Source of the DNA: an uncultured Cytophagales bacterium
GTDB lineage: Bacteria > Bacteroidota > Bacteroidia > Cytophagales > Bernardetiaceae
NCBI GenBank assembly: GCA_963761725.1
Contig: CAVXHP010000006.1
Coordinates: 317,534-381,533 of the forward strand
Length of the DNA stretch: 64,000 nucleotides
Direction: 5' to 3'
Shown: one piece after another, positions 59,682 to 64,000 of the stretch
How positions within the stretch are numbered: the stretch's first letter is position 1
Layout of the letters: each line of letters begins with the position of its first letter
The notes under the pieces: generated by a model
Seen by the model: the letters and a program-made list of their open reading frames with translations, nothing else
Database searches by the model: none
Told to the model about the DNA's origin: nothing
Made by a program: the position numbers and the translations under genes

Positions 59682-60464
59682 ATGACTCAAAAAATCTTCC
59701 CAAAATCTCTAACTCAAGAAATCTCAAAAAACACAGGCAGACGTTTTGCTATCAGCGATATTCATGGCTGTGGCAAAACGTTTATTTATTTAGTAGAAGA
59801 TATTTTAAAACTCACAAAAGACGACCAACTTTTTGTTTTGGGAGATTTAATAGATAGAGGAAAAAATGCAATTCTTTTGATAGATTATATCCTAGAAAAA
59901 CAAAAAGAAGGCTATCCCATTTTTATTTTGATGGGCAATCACGAACAAATGCTTTTAGATTTTTATGAGCAAAATAATTTCCAATTATCAAAGAAAACAT
60001 TAGCTCACAATCATTTAGAAGAATTAATCAATAAAGACAGAGAAATCAAACCCAAGTATGCAGCTTTTTTTGAAAGTATGCTTTTTTATATTGAGTTAGA
60101 AAATTGCTTTTTGGTTCACGCAGGTTTTGATGTAAATTATGAACCTCTTAATGGAGAAGACCTTTTTACAAATGCCTATGCGATGCTTTGGACAAGGAAA
60201 TTTAAAGGAAATCTATACAAGACAAATCAAAAACCTGTCGTTCACGGACATGTAGTACATAATCTAAAAGAAATAAAAGAAAATCTAAGGCTAGCAAAAC
60301 AGAACAAAACGGCAATTGTTCCGATTGATAACGGTTGTGTTTATGTGAGTTTGGGAAAATATCAGAAATATAAAGGAGAAATAGGAAATCTTTGTGCAAT
60401 AGAACTCACAGAAAAAAATAATACATGGGAGCTTTTTTATACGCCTTTTCGGGATAAAAACTAA
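59682..60464 (+). CDS. PPP-family serine/threonine phosphatase / metallophosphoesterase (ApaH-like)
   Basis: RFAISDIHGC, VLGDLIDRG and GNHEQM motifs. Confidence 0.75.
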   Translation: MTQKIFPKSLTQEISKNTGRRFAISDIHGCGKTFIYLVEDILKLTKDDQLFVLGDLIDRGKNAILLIDYILEKQKEGYPIFILMGNHEQMLLDFYEQNNFQLSKKTLAHNHLEELINKDREIKPKYAAFFESMLFYIELENCFLVHAGFDVNYEPLNGEDLFTNAYAMLWTRKFKGNLYKTNQKPVVHGHVVHNLKEIKENLRLAKQNKTAIVPIDNGCVYVSLGKYQKYKGEIGNLCAIELTEKNNTWELFYTPFRDKN

Positions 60465-60480
60465 ATTACCAATTCTACTT

Positions 60481-61284
60481 TCAAAGTCCCTCTCCTTTGG
60501 GGAGGGATTTAGGGAGGGGTTGTGGTTGTTCCTCCAATTCATAAATCCCCAAGCCTGCCGAAATACACGCCCAAATAGGAGCAAACAAAATTCCCAAAAC
60601 AGGAATAAAAATCATAAAATACATAGTTATTCCGACACCAATAGCAAAAGGACGGTGTTTTTTTACGGTAGCTCTACTTTCCTTTATGTCTAATTTCATA
60701 AACTCATTTCTCAAATCTATCATCCCGAAACCTAAGAAGTAAGACTCTACCAAAATAATCAGAATCGTAGTAAATGGAGAAACAGGCGAAAAGAAAAGTC
60801 CTACCAAAATTAGAGGAATTGTAATACCTAATTCAATGGCTAAATTGGTAAGGTTGATAATAAGACCACGTTTGAGATCACTAAAAAATTGAGGAAAATG
60901 AAAATCTTCATTCGGACGCTCTGGGTGTAGAATTTCCTGTACTTTTGCAGCCACAATGGAAAGTGCTGGCGAAAGTAAAATCAACATCAAATATTTATAG
61001 GACTTAAAATAAATCAAGAAAGCAATCAATCCGACCAAAATTTTGACCACATAATTCAGTACTGTTTGCCACCAGTTTACTGGATTTTCTAATCCAAAAA
61101 TTCCTTCTAGCCAGTTTATGGTATCATTCACAAAAAAGTAACCTACAATTCCTACTGAAAAAAAGATAATTACATTCAGAAAAGCAGGCAAAAAATAATA
61201 TTTCCACAAATTATGTTTGCGTGTAAACGAAAAAGCTTTTCCATACAAACGAACTCCTAATAAAAATTTTGCGACTGGATTCAT
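60481..61284 (-). CDS. EI24/CysZ-like multi-TM membrane protein (tentative)
   Basis: 267 aa with 5-6 TM helices. Family name is tentative. Confidence 0.4.
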   Translation of the reverse strand: MNPVAKFLLGVRLYGKAFSFTRKHNLWKYYFLPAFLNVIIFFSVGIVGYFFVNDTINWLEGIFGLENPVNWWQTVLNYVVKILVGLIAFLIYFKSYKYLMLILLSPALSIVAAKVQEILHPERPNEDFHFPQFFSDLKRGLIINLTNLAIELGITIPLILVGLFFSPVSPFTTILIILVESYFLGFGMIDLRNEFMKLDIKESRATVKKHRPFAIGVGITMYFMIFIPVLGILFAPIWACISAGLGIYELEEQPQPLPKSLPKGEGL

Positions 61285-61365
61285 AGAATAATAAAATATC
61301 GCAGACTTCCCAGTCTGTGTAAAAAAACAGATTAATTCAACAGACTAGGAAGTCTGTTATACATT

Positions 61366-62376
61366 TTACAAATCACTCAAGTCAAAAATAATTCCTCTAG
61401 GATTAGATTGAGAAGCTCGTTTTGCTTCTTCTTCTTTTCTTCTTTGGTTTTCTAATTCCAGATGTTCTTGTTCTCTCAATTTTTGAGCAAATTCTTGTCT
61501 TTCTGCTTGTTCTTGTGTTTCTATTTGCTGTCTAATTTTTTCTTGTTGTCTTTGTGCTTGTTCTAATTCTTGTCTAACTTTTTCTTGTTCTTCTCTTGTT
61601 TTTTGCTCTGCACCATATTTTATTTCTTGACGAATTTCTGGAACTACTTTACGAGGCGTTTCTTTTTCATAACTAGTAGTAGAAGAATAATCTGAATAGG
61701 AGGAATCACTTTGGCTGTATAATTCTTGGTAGTTGCTTCCTTCTAGTTGTTTTAATTGCTCTCTTATAATCTGACTGTGATGCTGATGCATTCTTTCGGC
61801 ACGTTCCAGAGCCTGTTCGGAGGTATGTTCTACATCCAATTTTGATAAACGTTCGATTTTTGAGAGAGCCGTTTCCATAAAAGTCTGTAGTTCTTGCATC
61901 ATCTGCGACTTCTGCTGAGCACTATATTCGTAGGCATAATTGAGAAGTTTTATTTCTCGTTTTATTTCCGTAAGGGTTTGGTCGGCAAGTTGTTGAGTGC
62001 TTAAAAGAATACTTTTTGCATTTGTTCTGGCATTTTGTAAAAGTGCATCGGCTTGCATTTTACCTTCCAAAATCAATAAATCAGCTCGTTTTTGAGCTTG
62101 TTCCCAGTTCAGACGGTTTGCTTCCTGTGACTGTGAAAGCGACTCCAAAAGTGTACGTTCAATATCTTTTAGTTTAGCAAGTTCAGTATGTAAATAGCCT
62201 ACTTGTCTTTCTAATTCTTCATTGCGATGAGAAACCGAACTCATATTTTCAGCCACATCAGAAAGATATTCGCTTACATCTTCTTTACGATAGCCACCAA
62301 AAGTAACCTGTTTGAAAGAATGTTTGCGAATTTGTGTGGGTGCGATAGGATATTTAGTGTTATTTGTATCTGCCAT
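61366..62376 (-). CDS. DivIVA-domain coiled-coil protein
   Basis: N-terminal IAPTQIRKHSFKQVTFGGYRKEDVSEYLSDVAENM DivIVA motif, then a long Q/E-rich coiled coil. Confidence 0.7.
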   Translation of the reverse strand: MADTNNTKYPIAPTQIRKHSFKQVTFGGYRKEDVSEYLSDVAENMSSVSHRNEELERQVGYLHTELAKLKDIERTLLESLSQSQEANRLNWEQAQKRADLLILEGKMQADALLQNARTNAKSILLSTQQLADQTLTEIKREIKLLNYAYEYSAQQKSQMMQELQTFMETALSKIERLSKLDVEHTSEQALERAERMHQHHSQIIREQLKQLEGSNYQELYSQSDSSYSDYSSTTSYEKETPRKVVPEIRQEIKYGAEQKTREEQEKVRQELEQAQRQQEKIRQQIETQEQAERQEFAQKLREQEHLELENQRRKEEEAKRASQSNPRGIIFDLSDL

Positions 62377-62508
62377 AACTCGTTTTGCACGATTATTTTT
62401 TGGAAATAGTAAAGTATTCTGCTAAAATAGCATTTTTTTTTAATATTTTATAAGAATAAACTCATAGAGTTGATTTATCTTGTTTGCTTTCCTCAAAAAA
62501 AGAAGAAA

Positions 62509-62835
62509 CTACAAAATTTCCACCCAAATTTTTCTATCACAAACTGCTTTTCGTAATGGCTTTAGTTCATTAAAAGTTCCTGTTGTGATAGTAGAATGTC
62601 CTTTTGAGTTTGCTTCTGTAACTACATCAAAAGCATCTCCAGAAGAGAGTTTACAGACATTAATAATCGTTTTGATAACGTAATCTAATTCATTTTTCTC
62701 ATCTTTGAAAAGTACCAATTCACGTTCTAAGGAAGCATCTAATTGTTCTTCTGAATCGGTAAGAGTTTCAATTAATGTTTCTGTCAATTGCTTTCTTTGT
62801 GGCAATGCTTTTTGGTTGGCGTATATCGTTTTCAT
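62509..62835 (-). CDS. clpS: ClpS-like ATP-dependent Clp protease adaptor
   Basis: LVLFKDEKNELDYVIKTIINV...DAFDVVTEANSKGHSTITTGTFNE parallels the ClpS core. Confidence 0.55.
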   Translation of the reverse strand: MKTIYANQKALPQRKQLTETLIETLTDSEEQLDASLERELVLFKDEKNELDYVIKTIINVCKLSSGDAFDVVTEANSKGHSTITTGTFNELKPLRKAVCDRKIWVEIL

Positions 62836-62994
62836 AATTTGTACTATTTGTTTTGTTTACTTTAAGCTAGAAATAATTTCTATTTATAAATAATGTTTGA
62901 GATAGAATAAAGTTTAAGCTATTTTTGTAAGAGTTCTACAAAAGGAGAAGTTCATTTTCTCACAATTTATAATTCACAATTTATAATTCAAAGA

Positions 62995-63934
62995 ATGATT
63001 AGTGTTGTAATGCCTGTTTTTAATGGAGAAAAATTTCTTAAAATAGCTATTGAAAGTATTTTGAACCAAACTTATACAGATTTTGAATTAATCATTATCA
63101 ATGACGGTTCAACTGACAAAAGTGCAGAAATTATAAAATCCTATACAGACAATCGTATTCGTTTTTTGGAAAATGAAGGAAACAGAGGCATTTTTTATAC
63201 TCGTAATCGTCTTTTTGAAGAAGTAAAAGGAAAGTATATTGCCATTTTGGATTGTGATGATTATGCCGAACCAAAACGACTAGAAAAGCAAGTTAATTTT
63301 CTGGATAAAAATAATGAGTTTGGTTTAGTAGGTTCTTGGATTACACTTATTGATGGCGAAAACAAAATAAAAGGAGCTTGGAATTTGGAATATAGACCAG
63401 AGCGAATCTCTTCAAAATTATTGTTTTCGAATCAGTTTGCACAATCTTCTGTCATGATGCGAAAAGAGTTTTCTGATTTAAAATATAGAGAAGAATATCC
63501 TCCAGTAGAAGATTATGACCTTTGGGTGCGTATTTCTTACAAAACAAGAGTAACAAATCTTGCCGAAACGTTAGTAAAATATAGAATTCACGACCAAAAT
63601 ATTAGTCAAACACAAGCAGAAAAAGCTAGAGAAAAATGTATTTAAAATATATAAAAATCAATTAGAAAAATTGGGAATTTATGCTACTCAAGATGACCTA
63701 ATTATTCACCAAAAAGCTGGAAATTTAGATTTTCAGCAGAATAATGACTTACTTTTTGAAAAAACAAAAAATTGGTTAGAATTACTTCATTTTAAAAATG
63801 AGCAAATTGAATTTTATAACACAATGGTATTCAATGAAATTTTAGGCGAGTTTTGGGCAGAACTTTTATCCAAAAATCTTGAAATCTCTACTTCTAAAAT
63901 AGCTTTTATCACTCTCCTTTGTCTTCATATCTAA
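62995..63934 (+). CDS. family-2 glycosyltransferase; frame probably interrupted near 63600-63640
   Basis: ISVVMPVFNGEKFLKIAIESILNQTYTDFELIIINDGSTD and a DxD-like LDCDDY. The 87-aa ORF 63671..63934 is open in the +1 frame from ~63602 and reads like a GT C-terminal region. Confidence 0.7.
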
Positions 63935-64000
63935 ATCCAAGACAAAAAAAATAGTCTTTCAAAATCATTTAGATTGCGTTCCTTTCCTTTTAATTATACT

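Overview
This is a low-GC (about 34-35%) chromosomal segment from a Bacteroidota-type genome, probably Cytophagia or Flavobacteriia. Support for that comes from the GldB-like lipoprotein, T-rich terminators and leader-poor starts. Housekeeping genes dominate. They include a cytochrome c peroxidase, acyl-CoA dehydrogenase, ruvA, a pair of M16 peptidases, pfkA, thioredoxin, mnmA, a sulfur-detox cluster, two MsbA-like ABC exporters, a fused IcmF-type B12 mutase, cysteine desulfurase, accC, a Sun/RsmB methyltransferase, DivIVA and ClpS. Three accessory features stand out. (1) A cytosine-5 methyltransferase plus a putative restriction endonuclease form a 3 kb cassette flanked by an ~80 bp imperfect duplication of the mnmA 3' end. 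An S41 peptidase gene is flanked in the same way by a ~67 bp duplication of the rsmB-like 3' end. These are two independent insertions with long target duplication. (2) A 5.5 kb AT-rich island of small genes sits between icmF and the cysteine desulfurase gene. It holds a HEPN-like gene interrupted in a T9 tract, small secreted proteins, a PIN/antitoxin pair, an orphan DUF2281 antitoxin fused to an XRE remnant, and a duplicated overlapping two-gene module of unknown family. (3) At least three interspersed small-repeat families are present: REP/BIME-like hairpins, 'aattcgtaatt' tandem or inverted repeats, and a ~180 bp MITE-like element. At least seven conserved genes are split by single-base frameshifts, mostly at short homopolymers. 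Consensus errors from sequencing are the most likely cause. No rRNA, tRNA or CRISPR array was found.
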